A DNA stretch of 64,000 nucleotides, taken from the NCBI RefSeq assembly GCF_001194135.2, contig NC_068991.1, positions 75,618,696 through 75,682,695 of the forward strand, in the 5' to 3' direction. The DNA comes from Octopus bimaculoides. Taxonomy: Eukaryota. How positions within the stretch are numbered: the first letter of the stretch is position 1; every line of letters begins with the position of its first letter. The notes beneath the pieces are model-generated. The model was not told the DNA's origin, did not search any database, and saw only the letters and a list, made by a program, of their open reading frames with translations. The position numbers and the translations under genes are program-made. Below, piece after piece: positions 1 through 13,196 of this stretch.

Positions 1-312
<312 letters not shown>

Positions 313-754
313 CAAACAAACTTCTACATATATATGCATATGCATACATTTATTTACATACACACACGTATAGATGTTAAGAAAGAGAGAGGGGGGAGAG
401 AGACAGACAGGCAGAGAAGAGAGAGGGGGGAGAGAGACGACAGAGAAGAGTAAGTTGTTGGATTGGACCAGTTTCAATTCTTGATGGAAGTCGTTTAACA
501 TCACGCGCTTCATACATTTGAAAACAATACGAACACGATGCATATCGACCATGACTTCTAAGATATACAGCATATATTTAGAATAAGGGAATTGCCAATT
601 ACATTGATCTATATCGACCTGTAACTAACTCTCGTATTTTTTTTAATGTACCTGGAATCAGGAAAGGTAAAGCTAACCTCGGCAGTGTTTGAAATCAAGA
701 CCTAGATGATCACAGCAAATATAACGAATTCTAGAACATGTTTTATTCGATAGC

Positions 755-925
755 TTACTCGTGGTATATAAGGTACGTTTACTTCCCAACCACATGGTTC
801 GGGGTTCAGTCGCACTGCGTGGCACCTGGGTAAGGGTTTTCTTCTATAACCTTAAGCTGACCAAAGCCTTGTGAGTAGATTTGGTAGGCGGAAACTAAAA
901 GAAGCCTATCGTGTATATGTACACA
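755..925 (+). mobile_element. SINE-like repeat, family B (CCCAACCACATGGTTC...GACCAAAGCCTTGTGAGT...GGAAACT)
   Basis: Same sequence recurs at ~11595-11760 (+) and ~59455-59880 (-). Confidence 0.75.
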
Positions 926-1189
926 CAGACATACATACTTACATATATGTGTATGTGTCAGTTTTGAATTCAAGCAATTACGACAAGATGCGCCTTCGAC
1001 AAAACAGTTGCTCCCGCAAAGCAAAATAAAATTCGGGATTTGAAGAGGGTCAATGTTGGTAATAAAAACAGGACAGTGAAAACAAACAGTAAGGGCTGCT
1101 AAGCCATAACGAGGTGAAGTGGCGAACGCTGGAAGAAGAAGTTTTGACAGGAGAAAAGATAGGAAATAAGACAGACAACAATGCGTCTG

Positions 1190-1470
1190 TTCTGTGTAGC
1201 AGACAGAAAGGAAAGAAAGAAGCTCAAGTTAGGAAAAGAAAGATGGCCGATGGTCATGTGTGAGCAACGAGAGAGTAAAGGAGGAAGAGTGAGAAAGAGA
1301 GAGAGACAGATAGAGAACGGTGAAGGGGAGAGGAAAAGAATTAGAAAATTAGAGAAAAGATGAGAGAGAAAAAGCGAAAGGGAGAGAAGGGGAGATAAAA
1401 AGAATTAGAGAAAGGAAGATAGAGGAAACGAAAGAGGGGAGGGAAAGAGAAAGAGAACAGTAAGATAGAG
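1190..1470. repeat. Purine-rich (GA/AG) low-complexity tract
   Basis: Almost pure A/G on the + strand. Confidence 0.85.
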
Positions 1471-1496
1471 TCGCATCAGAATTATTAAGATATATG

Positions 1497-1530
<34 letters not shown>

Positions 1531-1791
1531 TGTATGTATTGTTTGTATGTATATATGTATGTATATCAATATCAATATCTGTATTTATATTTATGTATAT
1601 ATACTGTTGAGTCTGGGGGAGTTATTCTCTTTTAGTACCTTATAATTTAACACACTCACCGATAAAATCTCCCCATATTTCCTTTATTTTTCTAAAATTT
1701 TCGTTGCGTCTTGTATATATACGTATATATATATATATACATATGTATATATACACACATATATATATATATACATGCATGTCCATACATG

Positions 1792-1835
<44 letters not shown>

Positions 1836-2154
1836 NNNNNNNNNNNNNNNNNNNNNNNNNNNNNNNNNNNNNNNNNNNNNNNNNNNNNNNNNNNNNNNNN
1901 NNNNNNNNNNNNNNNNNNNNNNNNNNNNNNNNNNNNNNNNNNNNNNNNNNNNNNNNNNNNNNNNNNNNNNNNNNNNNNNNNNNNNNNNNNNNNNNNNNNN
2001 NNNNNNNNNNNNNNNNNNNNNNNNNNNNNNNNNNNNNNNNNNNNNNNNNNNNNNNNNNNNNNNNNNNNNNNNNNNNNNNNNNNNNNNNNNNNNNNNNNNN
2101 NNNNNNNATATATATATATATATATATATAATATACACACGCACATATATATAT

Positions 2155-2370
2155 GTCTTTGTGCCTATTCCTCCACCATTGCTTGACAACCGATGCTGGT
2201 GTGTTTACGTCCCCATAACTACCGGTTCGGCAAAAAGACCAATATAATAAGTACTTCCTTATAAAGAATAAGTCCTGGGGTCAATTTCTTCGACTAAAAC
2301 ACCCTTTAAGGCATTGCCCCAGCATGACCGCAATAAAATGACTGAAACACGTAAAAAATAAAAGAATAAA
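2155..2370 (+). mobile_element. Short interspersed repeat, family E (AGAATAAGTCCTGGGGTCAATTT...CGACTAAAA...ACTGAAAC)
   Basis: Homologous copies at ~40790-40960 and ~52450-52630. Confidence 0.7.
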
Positions 2371-2403
<33 letters not shown>

Positions 2404-2569
2404 GCATAAATACATACACGCACACACACATGTATGTATGTATGTATGTATGTATGTATGAGACTACAATCTGTATGGCGAATTGAAGGAAATTGTACAC
2501 CTCAGAAGAGAGTGCTTCACAGGTTTCAATTGGCTGACTTCCCTACTTGTTACCATTACAAAAACTTGT

Positions 2570-3100
2570 GAAATTTTTATTTAACGAATATTTTGAAAGA
2601 CGTACAGCAAAATGCTTGTGAGAAAGGTGAACCTCAATATTGAAAAATGCTGTGGTCGGAAATATAGGTGGATGCTATTATTTTAAGTTGCATTAGGGTA
2701 TTTATTAAGAAAAGGAATTATTGATCTGAGAATATATGTTATAAAATGAGCTAAAATCTTGGCTGGCAACTATTGCTCTTGATATAACATCGATATTATA
2801 GATGATGAAAAGAATTAATAGAACAACCTTGACATGAATCGATAGCTTTAAATATTTAGGAACCATTATTACATCAAAAACGGGAAATATATCGAGGAAA
2901 TTAAGTTAAAGTTTGGATAAGCCAAAGTTGCTTTTGGAAAGATCAAACTTACATAGTCAAATAAACGGCTGTCGATAAGAATGAGGAAGAGAATTCTCGA
3001 GATGTACATAAAAGCCATCAGTACATGCGGCTATGTGACCTGGAACGTCGAGAAACAAGTGCAAAAGCTTATCAATGCTGCATTGTTTGGGTCACACTGT
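2570..3100 (+). mobile_element. Degenerate RTE-clade LINE, C-terminal part of reverse transcriptase
   Basis: Translation with stops and shifts gives DSFKYLGTIITS, EEIKLKFG*AKVAFGKI and KRLSIRMRKRILEMYIKAISTCGYVTW, matching the RTE F.YLG and LYG.ETW motifs. Confidence 0.75.
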
Positions 3101-3387
3101 ATTGTCAGGTTTGAATATTTAAGCTTTGGATCAAGTTAAAGCGGAGTCTAGTTTGTGTTTCAAAAATCATGCTTCAAGAGTTGGTGGAATAAATGTCAGT
3201 AATACAATGACACGGTTTTAATTACTTTCCTATCGCAGGAGGATACCTGTCGTTAATCACATCCTAGAATGCAGGTGTAAACATACAAAAAGAAGGAAAA
3301 AAAACAGGAAAAAAAAAGAGAAGAAAAGGAAAAGAATCGGGTTAGTCACAGCTGGAAAGTATATCATAAAAACAACTTTAGAACCCT

Positions 3388-3438
3388 TTAAGAACTTGAT
3401 GTTTGTGGTTCGGGCGAGCGGGAGGTGAACGGAGATTT
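3388..3438 (-). CDS. Candidate terminal exon (KSPFTSRSPEPQTSSS*) of the unknown minus-strand gene
   Basis: Acceptor ctctagttttag|, phase 0 compatible with the gtgagt donor at 4595; GC-rich patch in AT-rich DNA. Confidence 0.3.
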   Translation of the reverse strand, partial: KSPFTSRSPEPQTSSS

Positions 3439-4294
3439 CTAAAACTAGAGCATTATATAAGATCAACAAACTAAATTGATATCTTAAAATTGTTACTGTT
3501 TTCATTGGTTCATACATGAGATGAAATAGACAAAAAAGTTTCAGTTCCTGTAGAAAAGTATAAAACATAATCCATGATTTTATTGTAGTTGACATTGATG
3601 CTTTGCAACGAAGCAAACTTGATCAAACAGCTGTGATCTTCCAGTAGTTTTTTTTTACGTGGATTTAGGACTACAGTATTTAATATGTACTTGAATGTAC
3701 TTGACTTCAAAGCGTTCAGATTTGAGGAAGATTAAGATGATATTTCTATAAGGTCGAGCAACCACGGAGAAACCCTTCCATCGGTGTTATTATTATTATT
3801 ATTATTGTTGTTGTTGTTGTTGCTTAGTCCCAGTTTAGCTCTGATCAAATAATCCTATGATTAAAAGAAATTCCTACCGTAAATAAGGTCTAGGAGAAAA
3901 TAATCTTTGTCAGGAAATAAATCAGAAAAGTAAGGCTGCTGTTAATGATAAGAAAGATCCGATTGATTAAACCATATTTCATTGGTATAATAATTAGGAG
4001 AGCCAGAACATCGCCGGGGCATTCCTGCTATATATTTATGAATATAAACAGAAAGAAATGAAGCTTGTGTATTCTTCCATTCGTGTTAATCTTCTAATAA
4101 GTGAGAAACCGTTAATTAAATCCAACGATCAAAGCGAAATCTACCGTTATTGGCAATAACTAATGAACATGACGTAATACACAGCATTTAAAACGCAATA
4201 GGTATTGTCTGAGATTTATTTTATTTGGTATCTCAGGATTTTACTAATAGTTATTTTACCGGCCACTGGAAGAGCATAATGTTGCTCTCATATA

Positions 4295-4520
4295 TGGAGT
4301 AATAACGTTGCTGGACGTTCAAGCATTGTAGACCAAACATTGGTATAAAGTTCTGTCAATATGTGGTTAGAATTCTGAGTTCAAATTCTGCCGAGGTCAA
4401 CTTTGCCTTCCATCCTTTCGGTGTCAATAAAATAAATATCAGTTGAATACTGGGGTCGATATAAGTGACTTAACCCTTCTCCGAATTTACTGGCCTTCAG
4501 CCAAAATTTGAAACTAATAT
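4295..4520 (+). mobile_element. tRNA-derived SINE, family A (TTCAAATTC(C/T)GCCGAGGTC..CTTTGCC..TCATCCTTTCGG)
   Basis: Copies at ~590-700(-), 18035-18190(+), 32105-32280(+), 37965-38150(-), 58130-58512(-). Confidence 0.8.
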
Positions 4521-4595
4521 GTAGTTTAGAATAGTTTAGAATGTCTGTGAGTAATTATGAAATTATTCCCGGGCACTCTCTAGCTTCTGACTCAC

Positions 4596-4821
4596 TGGCA
4601 CAGTGTCTCCTCTCTTTGCCGGTTCTACTGTTACTATAATGACTCCTGCTTTACGAAGCTGGATAGTCTTACGCCACCTCCATTCATGCAATCCCATCGC
4701 ACCACCTCCTCTTATTCCACTTGCTGTGCCTAACCCCACATAATATGTATGCTTAGTTCTTCCTTTCACGAATATCGTGTTTTCTGGATTTCCTTCCATG
4801 CTCATGCCTTTCCCGAAGTTG
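4596..4821 (-). CDS. Coding exon of unknown gene: NFGKGMSMEGNPENTIFVKGRTKHTYYVGLGTASGIRGGGAMGLHEWRWRKTIQLRKAGVIIVTVEPAKRGDTVP (or read-through to the stop at 4563)
   Basis: Pyrimidine-rich acceptor tttctcttttgtaaatcag|, only one frame open across the exon, coding-like composition, internal donor CCA|gtgagt; phase matches the 9341 donor. Confidence 0.6.
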
Positions 4822-6257
4822 CTGATTTACAAAAGAGAAACGTTAATAGTACAGTCTCAAGGGACTTGCAGAGCCTGCAAACACCTTAAGCACTGCTTCA
4901 TTCCCTGGAAATTCAAGAAGTTAAGAAATGTGAAAGACTGCTGGAAGCTATTCATCGTTCTACATGTGAGACGTAGTATCATTCGGGCTCAGTAGTACAA
5001 GCAAATAAAGCGCATTTCAATTACGAAATGGTAGGGAATTTATAGCATCAATCTGATCCCTTCTACAGAACTTATTTATTGCACGTTGCGTTAAATAATG
5101 TCAGAGTTAAGCGGATATAATCCAAACATCAGGAACTGAATTCAATTTATGGGTCATTAAGTTTATAGTCGAGTTGCCCAGCTGCAGCTCTCACGCTTCT
5201 AAAAACATAATCTACTGATATATTCTCTTCAAATGCATTGGAGAAAATAATTTGATTGGAAAGAACAGCTGCCATATTACGACTACCCAACAATTGTTTT
5301 CTTTAATACGGCACTCGATGCAGTAAACCGTTATTTAAGCATTGAAAGAACTGTTTACTTGTATTTACAAATGTAGAGTTTCACAAATACTGGCACTTTC
5401 TAAAACATTATAATGTGACTATTATTCAAGCTTTATACATTATTCAGATAACGTTTGACAGGTTGTCAAATTGCTCAGTCCCATTTCTTTACGACCGCTT
5501 TTATAAGTAATTCAGTCCGTACGCGTTCTAATTATCAATAGCTACTGCACTTCGTTTCGGAAGAGAATCACCTGCTTACGACACGGATTCCTAAACAATA
5601 TGTGTCCTGCATAGAAAATCATTTAGTTGAAAGGTTTGATAAATACCTTTTGTTCATTTTCGTTCTTCTATATTTTTTCGCTTGCTTTTATGTTTATTAA
5701 ATGTTGTGTAATTTGTTGAGAGTTTCGTTACATTTCCTTTTGCATCAGGTGAATATATTTATTTGTCTATTTAATGTTGGACATGCAAGTCAACAGTATT
5801 GTTGCTTTTTGAACTTTAGAACTATCAGTGATTTACTACGTTCAGATTCAATCGCTCTTTGATCCCCTCACTATTTGTATCAAATGAATTTAACATCATA
5901 TCCTAAGACTACGTTATCCACAATGTGTATACTGGTTCAGGATAAATCATCATGCTTATTTAATGTATATTGGTTAAATATGAACGCAGGTAAATTTCTA
6001 TTATAGATATTCAATTACTGTTCAACACAGCAAGCAAGCAAGCCATATTCAGCTCCGATATATATTATATTATATATTATATATNNNNNNNNNNNNNNNN
6101 NNNNNNNNNNNNNNNNNNNNNNNNNNNNNNNNNNNNNNNNNNATATATATATATATATATATATACAAGGTTGAGGAGAGTATTGGATTTAACCAATATA
6201 TGTATGTATGTATGTATGTATGTATCGGAGCTCGTATAAAACAAAGCACCAATAACT

Positions 6258-6379
<122 letters not shown>

Positions 6380-6830
6380 TGGTGTAGACCCAAAGAGTAA
6401 AGATGGGATAAAAACAGTGGACCACCTAATCTCTGGATGTAACCTGTAGAGTACAAATCAAGACATGACAGAGTTGGTCAATATGTACACTGGATAATGC
6501 GTCAGCATTATAAACTCAAAACTGCTGACAAATGGCACAAGCACCGCCCTGACGCTGTAACTGAGGGAAAAATATAACTATTCTTTGAGACTTCACAGTA
6601 TGTGCAGGTCGGACCATTAAGACAAATAAACCAGATATTGTTGTGAAAGATCAAACCGATAAAGTCTGTTTATTGATTGACATGGGTATATCCTGTGATC
6701 ATAATATCTCGGCAAAAGAATTTTATAAGCTCAGAAAATATAAAGATATGCTCGTCGAAATCCAAAATGTGGCATCTCAAGACGGTTACAGTACTAGTGG
6801 CTGTAGGAGCAAAATATGGAAACTAAATTG
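6380..6830 (+). mobile_element. R4/Dong-like non-LTR fragment: zinc-knuckle region plus restriction-like endonuclease
   Basis: TVDHLISGC / EYKSRHDRVGQYVHW / IL*DFTV / TNKPDIVVKD..CLLIDM..KLRKYKDM, a PD-(D/E)xK-type RLE with frameshifts. Confidence 0.85.
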
Positions 6831-6848
6831 AAAGAAGACGATAATGAA

Positions 6849-6849
<1 letters not shown>

Positions 6850-6913
<64 letters not shown>

Positions 6914-6920
6914 TAATAAT
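6850..6920. repeat. (AAT)n microsatellite
   Basis: Directly visible. Confidence 0.95.
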
Positions 6921-9340
6921 CAATGAAAATCGTCCGAAAATAAGAGCAGGAAATATAAATGCGAGACATGAGGAAAAATCAATTATTCCAAATTAACAAA
7001 AGCTTAAACCCCAAACGATAAGAAATATTGTCACTCCTGAAGATTGAATTTTGAATGTAGAAGCTATCAACCGATCCTATCGGTCTAACAGCTGTTATTA
7101 ACCACAAAAATTATAATTTTTATTCACATACGAAGACATTAGAAGTTGTTTGAAATCTACCATACAAATAATTCACCAACGAGTTATTTTTTAATAATTT
7201 ATATTCTATTGTTTATTGAGCGGAGGATGGGCATCGAAAGAATCGCCTTCTTTAATGTCTCAATCATTGGTGAAGAGAAGGCTGTCTCCCGAATGGATTT
7301 TGTTCTGAATACTTGCAACTGTGTATCCTGATAAAGGTACACATTTCCTAGGAAGTCATGCTGAAACAGTAAAAACCGGTGATCGACTAATTAAAATCAT
7401 TAGCCACAAATAAGACGGTCCGGCAGCATGTTTTGTATATTGATTTTTCTGAAAAAGCTTTGATGGAAAACACCTATCTTAGGCAACGCGCAGTGGAATC
7501 GAACCTGAAATCACGAAGTTGGTAAGTGACCATCTAAAGACACTGATAAACTCGCGCTCATTACTTTATATTTCTTGTGTGAAAACCGTGTCAGTACGTC
7601 TAGTTTCTTTACGTACAATTCAGGGTACGTGAAATTTAGGGTTACTTTAATTTGTTTACGCTTCAAACATTTGTGAAAGATCTTCTGACTTGTTTATGTC
7701 AGCAGATAAAATATATAATGTCTTTGTAATTACTTTAACCCATGATTTTCTTCATAATTAACAAAAGAGCTCTTTCGTAGTTATTTGCCCTGTTAGAAAT
7801 AGCAACAAAATCACTCTCAAATTATTCTGTCATACAAAAATAAAAGGCATATGAAATAATGTGGTGTTGGCCACTTATAAAACGATGGCATTTTCCACAG
7901 CTGAAAGAATTTTCATCAAGAGTCTCATCTTTCAATTTTGATAAAACCTAACAAGCATGACTCTTTCAGTTAGCGTGAAAATTTAAACAGATATAATCAT
8001 TAAGATTTCCAGTTAAATGGTGTAAAATACGAATTCAAAACCGATAGACGTGTCTGGTTCATGAAGAATTTGTTATAGTAATTAGAGTAAAGCAATTAGA
8101 ACAACGTATAAAACGTAGCTGTATTGGTTTTCTTTTTTTCTAAGCCCAGTAATAAAGTGAAATTGGAAACGTCGCCTTTTACCTTTCCTTGGTTCATTAT
8201 TAGATAAATAACGCGAAGTTGATTGGCCTTCAAAATCGAACGCAAGTCAGGTCGCATTTGTTGGAAATTCATCTCGATTCACGATAATTATCTCAGCACA
8301 ATTTCGCTACTTATCTAGAACAGGCAAAACTGACAGCTAAATATCACATAACAGCAATAAAAATGCCGGTTCCCAGAGGTAGGGTCATTTTTGCTTTATA
8401 GCTTGTTGTTAGTAATGCATAGTGGCACTTAGAGATTCCTTCCATATAGTTTTGAAAATGATGTATGAAGTGAAGCAGCTCATCATTGAAGACATCGCAG
8501 GCAATAACTAATTAGCAAGCTTTTCATTAGTTTTAGTAGCGAGGTCTATTCGCCTTTTGGCGTATAAAGCCTGGAGAGAGATGAATCCCCGAGAGGCTGT
8601 ATTTTCCGCATACATTTCATATAAGCAAATGTCCAGACGAACTCAGCTTCTTAAATTTATGCTATTCGATGCCGCTACTATATAATTACAGACAATAATT
8701 AAGTAAACTAGGTCTAATGTATAATGGATAGAACTAATTATAGCTATATTACAATAAAGAGAAAATTGGTAACACGTAATATTGATTATTGTTAGCAATA
8801 ATCATAAAGGATAACTAATTATGGAAAATATTGATCATAACTGAAATACATTTTCACACTCAATTCAATACACTATCCAAAATATCGAATACTTTTCTTA
8901 GCAGTCGCATTGCTCAATAATGGTGATGATAATAATATTAAAATGATAAACTAATAATAGTAATGACAATAGCAAAATAACAGACCAAAGGACTCATCTA
9001 AAAGCGAGAGAAGGAAAATATAGAAGTAAGACATAAGAAAATGTCGGATGGACATTCATGAAATGTTTGTAACAACAATTATTTGAAGTGGACATTCAGT
9101 TCAATTGCAAATCATAACAATTATAACAGAAACTAGGCAAAAATATTATAGAAATCAATTCAGTGCCAACAACAAAAAAGTGCAAGAATTTTGGGAAGGT
9201 GTGTGGGTAGTAAACAATGACCATGGGCAAACGTTTTCTAAAAGAACTATAATATATAAGTTTAGCCATTATAGCCAACACTAACGATTCTGTCAATTTG
9301 CTGTTTATGCTTACAACTTTGCGTCTCTGTAAGACGATAC

Positions 9341-9447
9341 CTCACACACCTCCAGGCCATGGCGGTAAACACGGTGATATTGCAGACGCCCACATTAATA
9401 ATCGTAAACATGAACAACACAGCAATAACATTCAAAATAATTTCAAA
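9341..9447 (-). CDS. Hydrophobic coding exon FEIILNVIAVLFMFTIINVGVCNITVFTAMAWRCV (internal exon, or first exon starting at ccgccATGG)
   Basis: gtgcag| acceptor and GAG|gtatcg donor; phase 2 end joins 4821 in frame to give WRCVSNFGKG; TM-like residue run. Confidence 0.55.
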
Positions 9448-10690
9448 CTGCACAGTTCTTTATATATCAAACATCCAGATAATAATGGTTTGTTTATTGA
9501 ATAGAGAAATAGGTTAATTTATATATGTAGACTCAATATATATAAATTCTTTGTTGTAAAATTGTTTCTTTTTTGCTTTATGCGCAAAATACTGCGAAAT
9601 ATTTTTATTTGCTCGAAATTGCCGAGGGGATTAAAAAAAAATATCATGAACCGCTGACCTAAGCATTTATATTCATGTACAAATAGCTAATAAAGAGAAG
9701 CATTTAAGAAACGTTTAAGAAACAAAATTTAATACAGTTTGTTGTATTTCAATGGAAGATTTTCATTGCCGAAGGAAATATTTATTATTCAGAACAAAAT
9801 AACAATTGTAGTCCATATATTGTTTGCCATAGACTGGCATGCAAATGCCATTAAACTGAAAGATGAAAGACTTGGAAACAAAAAGACGTATCCCAATTCA
9901 ATAAATGTCTGAAAGAAAAGATTCTCACAAAAACACTTAGTATTAAACGCGACAGTAATTATTTGAGAAAAACAAAGTTCGACTTCAATCCAGAATGATT
10001 ATGTCAAATACTAGTTAAAAATATAACAGGAATAACTGCAGTATCAACATGAAAAGAAGGAGAAGATTGTTCGAGATGTGTATGGGTTACAAAAAGAATC
10101 AACATGGGCAAGAACGCAGTACATGAACGGTTTTGGACCGACGACTATCACAACGGATGACGTAGCTCAAATATTACGGAAATCAAGACGTTGTAAGAGA
10201 CAAGGGGAAAGATAACATTCAAAACATCTGACCCACACCTCCATGCTCAGACTGTACATCACGTAGTATATAAGATACCCGTTTTAAATCCCTTGCAAAC
10301 ACGTGGAGTATAATAATAAACTTAAACTCCATTTTGGTTTTAGCTGTTCTAAATCTAAAATCCAGTTCATAATGCTTTATTTATTGATGAAAGGAGTTAA
10401 TTTATTTATATTTCCTGGCTAAATGTATATAAACTCTTCGTTTTAATATCGCTTCTTTTTCACTGTATCCACAAAGTACAGCAAAATATTTTTATATACT
10501 CCAAGGTGCTGAGGGAATTAAAAACATTTATGAACCGTTGACCTAATCATTTTGATTTATGCACAAATAGTTAATAGAATGAAACATTTAAAATACAAAT
10601 TTCGATTGTGTTTTAACGGAAGATTATCCTATCACAAACATATATTTATTATTCAGAAGAAAAATAACTTTATTCTGAATATTGTCTTAG

Positions 10691-11485
10691 ACTGGCATGC
10701 AAAGACAAAACATTAATATGCGAGACGAAAGAAAATTCTGAGGGGGATGAACCAAAGGAGTCGAAGATAACGTATGTGTTATGTCGAAAGCAGCTGTTGA
10801 ATGGCTCAGGTAAAAATGTTGGAAGTCTCTGTAGACACAGAATCTTTTACATTAGAGAATTTCGTTTTGTTAATGACGTGCATCCTTTGTTTATATTCAT
10901 GTTTCAGACGCTGATGTTCGTGTAACCATTGTATACTACGATGAACTTAATAGGAATTCTCTCGAAAAGCCAGGCTCCGGAGATCATACGTGTGTGTGTG
11001 TGTATGTCTGTGTGAATGTATGCATGCATGCATGTATGTCTTATGTATGTACGTACATACATGTGTGTGTAAGTCATTATTCAGTTTTATTTCAAGATTT
11101 CTTGCCCATAGAGAAAGAGCCGGTTTCTAACCCAGATCCAAGGCAACTTCATTGAAATATATATGTATGTCTGTAAATATGTATGTATGTATGCATGTAT
11201 GTATGTATGTATGTACGTACGTATGTATGTATGTATGTATGTATGTATGTGTGTGTGTATGTATGTATGTATGCATGTATATATGTATTTATGTATGTGT
11301 GTATGTATGTATATATGTGTGCGTGCATGAATGTGGCGGTTTCTGTAAAATTTTTCTCGATACTATATTTTTCTCACATATTCACGCATTATTCATTTTC
11401 TAGGTATCGAGTTGAGGAATCAAATTTCCAGAATATTCCAGTTGCGAAGCATACTTCTAATGACTCAGTCATGATTTGCACATAA
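10691..11485 (+). CDS. Candidate three-exon plus-strand chain (10691-10809, 10908-10989, 11404-11485) of unknown product
   Basis: Acceptors gtcttag|, catgtttcag| and cattttctag|; donors CAG|gtaaaa and AC|gtgtgt; phases join into one open frame ending ...SVMICT*. Confidence 0.25.
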
Positions 11486-11594
11486 TATCTGGAGTACATA
11501 TTAAACTAGAGATTGCGTGAAATGAAAATTCTGGTATTCCACGAAAACAAACGTGGCCCGTGTTCGATTTCCGGAGTGGGAACGCTAAGCTAAA

Positions 11595-11760
11595 GGCGCA
11601 GGAGCGGCTATGTCGTAAGAAGCTTGCTTCCCAACCACATGGTCCTAGGTTCAGTTCCACTGCGTGGCACTTGGGCAAGTATCTTCTACTATATCCTAGG
11701 GCCGACCAAAGCCTTGTAAGTGGATGTGATAGACGGAAACTGAAAGAAGCCAGTAGTATA
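11595..11760 (+). mobile_element. tRNA-derived SINE, family B
   Basis: GGCGCAGGAGCGGCT...CTTCCCAACCACATGGTCCTAGGTTCAGTTCC...GACCAAAGCCTTG; homologous to 755-925. Confidence 0.8.
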
Positions 11761-12047
11761 TATATATACAATATAAATCCCATTCTATATGTGGGGGGAT
11801 GTGTGTAAAGTATTATAATGGTCGTATTTTTCAACTGATTTTCTCCAAACTGGGAACATACATTACTTATAATCCAGGGATGGTTTTAATCTCTTCAAAG
11901 TTCTGACATACTAAGTAACGGGCCCTATGAGGGCATAAAACACCTGTTCCTGGGTTACGTTGGAAGGAATGTTACTCTTTACGAAGTGACTTTCAGAATT
12001 TGATTGTCTCCCTTACATCCATCGCTCAAAAAATTATCACAATCACA

Positions 12048-13196
12048 TCTAATATATAAAATAGAGATGTGTATGTATTCCCTTTTCACGCGAAAACGGC
12101 TTCACCAATTGTTTCCATACTTGTGATGTGTGAATAATTTAATCTCGGACACATGTTAAGCTCTGTATTTAATTTTTTATCAAAAATATAGAAATATTGC
12201 TTTTTATATTAGATTCACGTCTTTGATAGTTTTAAAAAATGCTTGCTTCCAGTTTTCTAGTGTCATTGATGTCTATAACTCTTGATATATATCTCCCTAT
12301 CCATCTCTCTCTATCTCCCTATCCATCTCTCTCTATCTCTCTATCCATCTCCATGTCTATATCTATCTATCTCTCTTTATCTGTCTATCTATATCTATCT
12401 TATTCGCTCTTTCTCTCTCCATCTCTCTATATCTCAGTCATTCTCTATTGTTTTCACTTTCATTTTTCAGACGTTATTGTTTTCCCTTTAAGTTTAATCG
12501 CTATTGTTTTCACTGTAAGTTTTTAATCGCTATTTACAAACAACAACATCAACAAATTACTGACAGAAAGAAATTCACAATTACTGATGCAAGTAATTTC
12601 ATACATAAATTAATGACAGAAGTAACTACAGAAATTTCACTTCAATCCGTACACTTCGTAAAATTTGCCTACAAATTTCTTATTTACTTCTGCAACGTTT
12701 TGCGGTTTTTTTGTTGTTGACGGAAGTCAGTTCATAATTCACTGACAGAAGTAACTTCAAAAATTTCACTTAAATTCGTACACTTAGTTAATTTCCCTAA
12801 AAGTGATTTAACTGAGACAGGATTCATGCAAACTTTCAAGATCCAAGGTCAGATTTATCATTGGATTGCTTCTCTACTACCTCTGTTACCCAGTTATTTT
12901 CACCAAAATCGGCCTTTCATTATTCATAATCCGTACCGCATTTTTAGTTACGAAATAAGCTACACAAAACATGTTTATGAATTAACTGTATCTACTTTAC
13001 ATACACATATGAGTTGAAAACTTCCTTTTAACATTTTATTTAACGTCTATGTTCCATGCTGGCATAGGTTGGAGAGGAAAACTGATGTTGAAAGTAGGTA
13101 TCTCAGATACTAGAAGTTGAGATCTGCGTAATCTAGACGGCGTTTTTAAATTTCATTATTGTCTTTAACCCGGGAAACACCGAGTATTTCTGCTAG
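12048..13196 (+). mobile_element. Non-autonomous Helitron with both termini and a RepHel remnant
   Basis: 5' A|TCTAATATATAAAA; 3' imperfect hairpin CCCGGGAAACACCGAG then CTAG|T; inserted between A and T; internal GFMQTFKIQGQIYHWIASLLP (12820-12882) matches the Helitron F.IQGQIYH.IGSLLP motif. Confidence 0.85.

Noticed and set aside
310-573. Minus-strand ORF with coding-like segment ~450-560 (two frames open)
   Set aside because: No convincing donor, no recognisable motif, and the phase does not fit the 4596 donor
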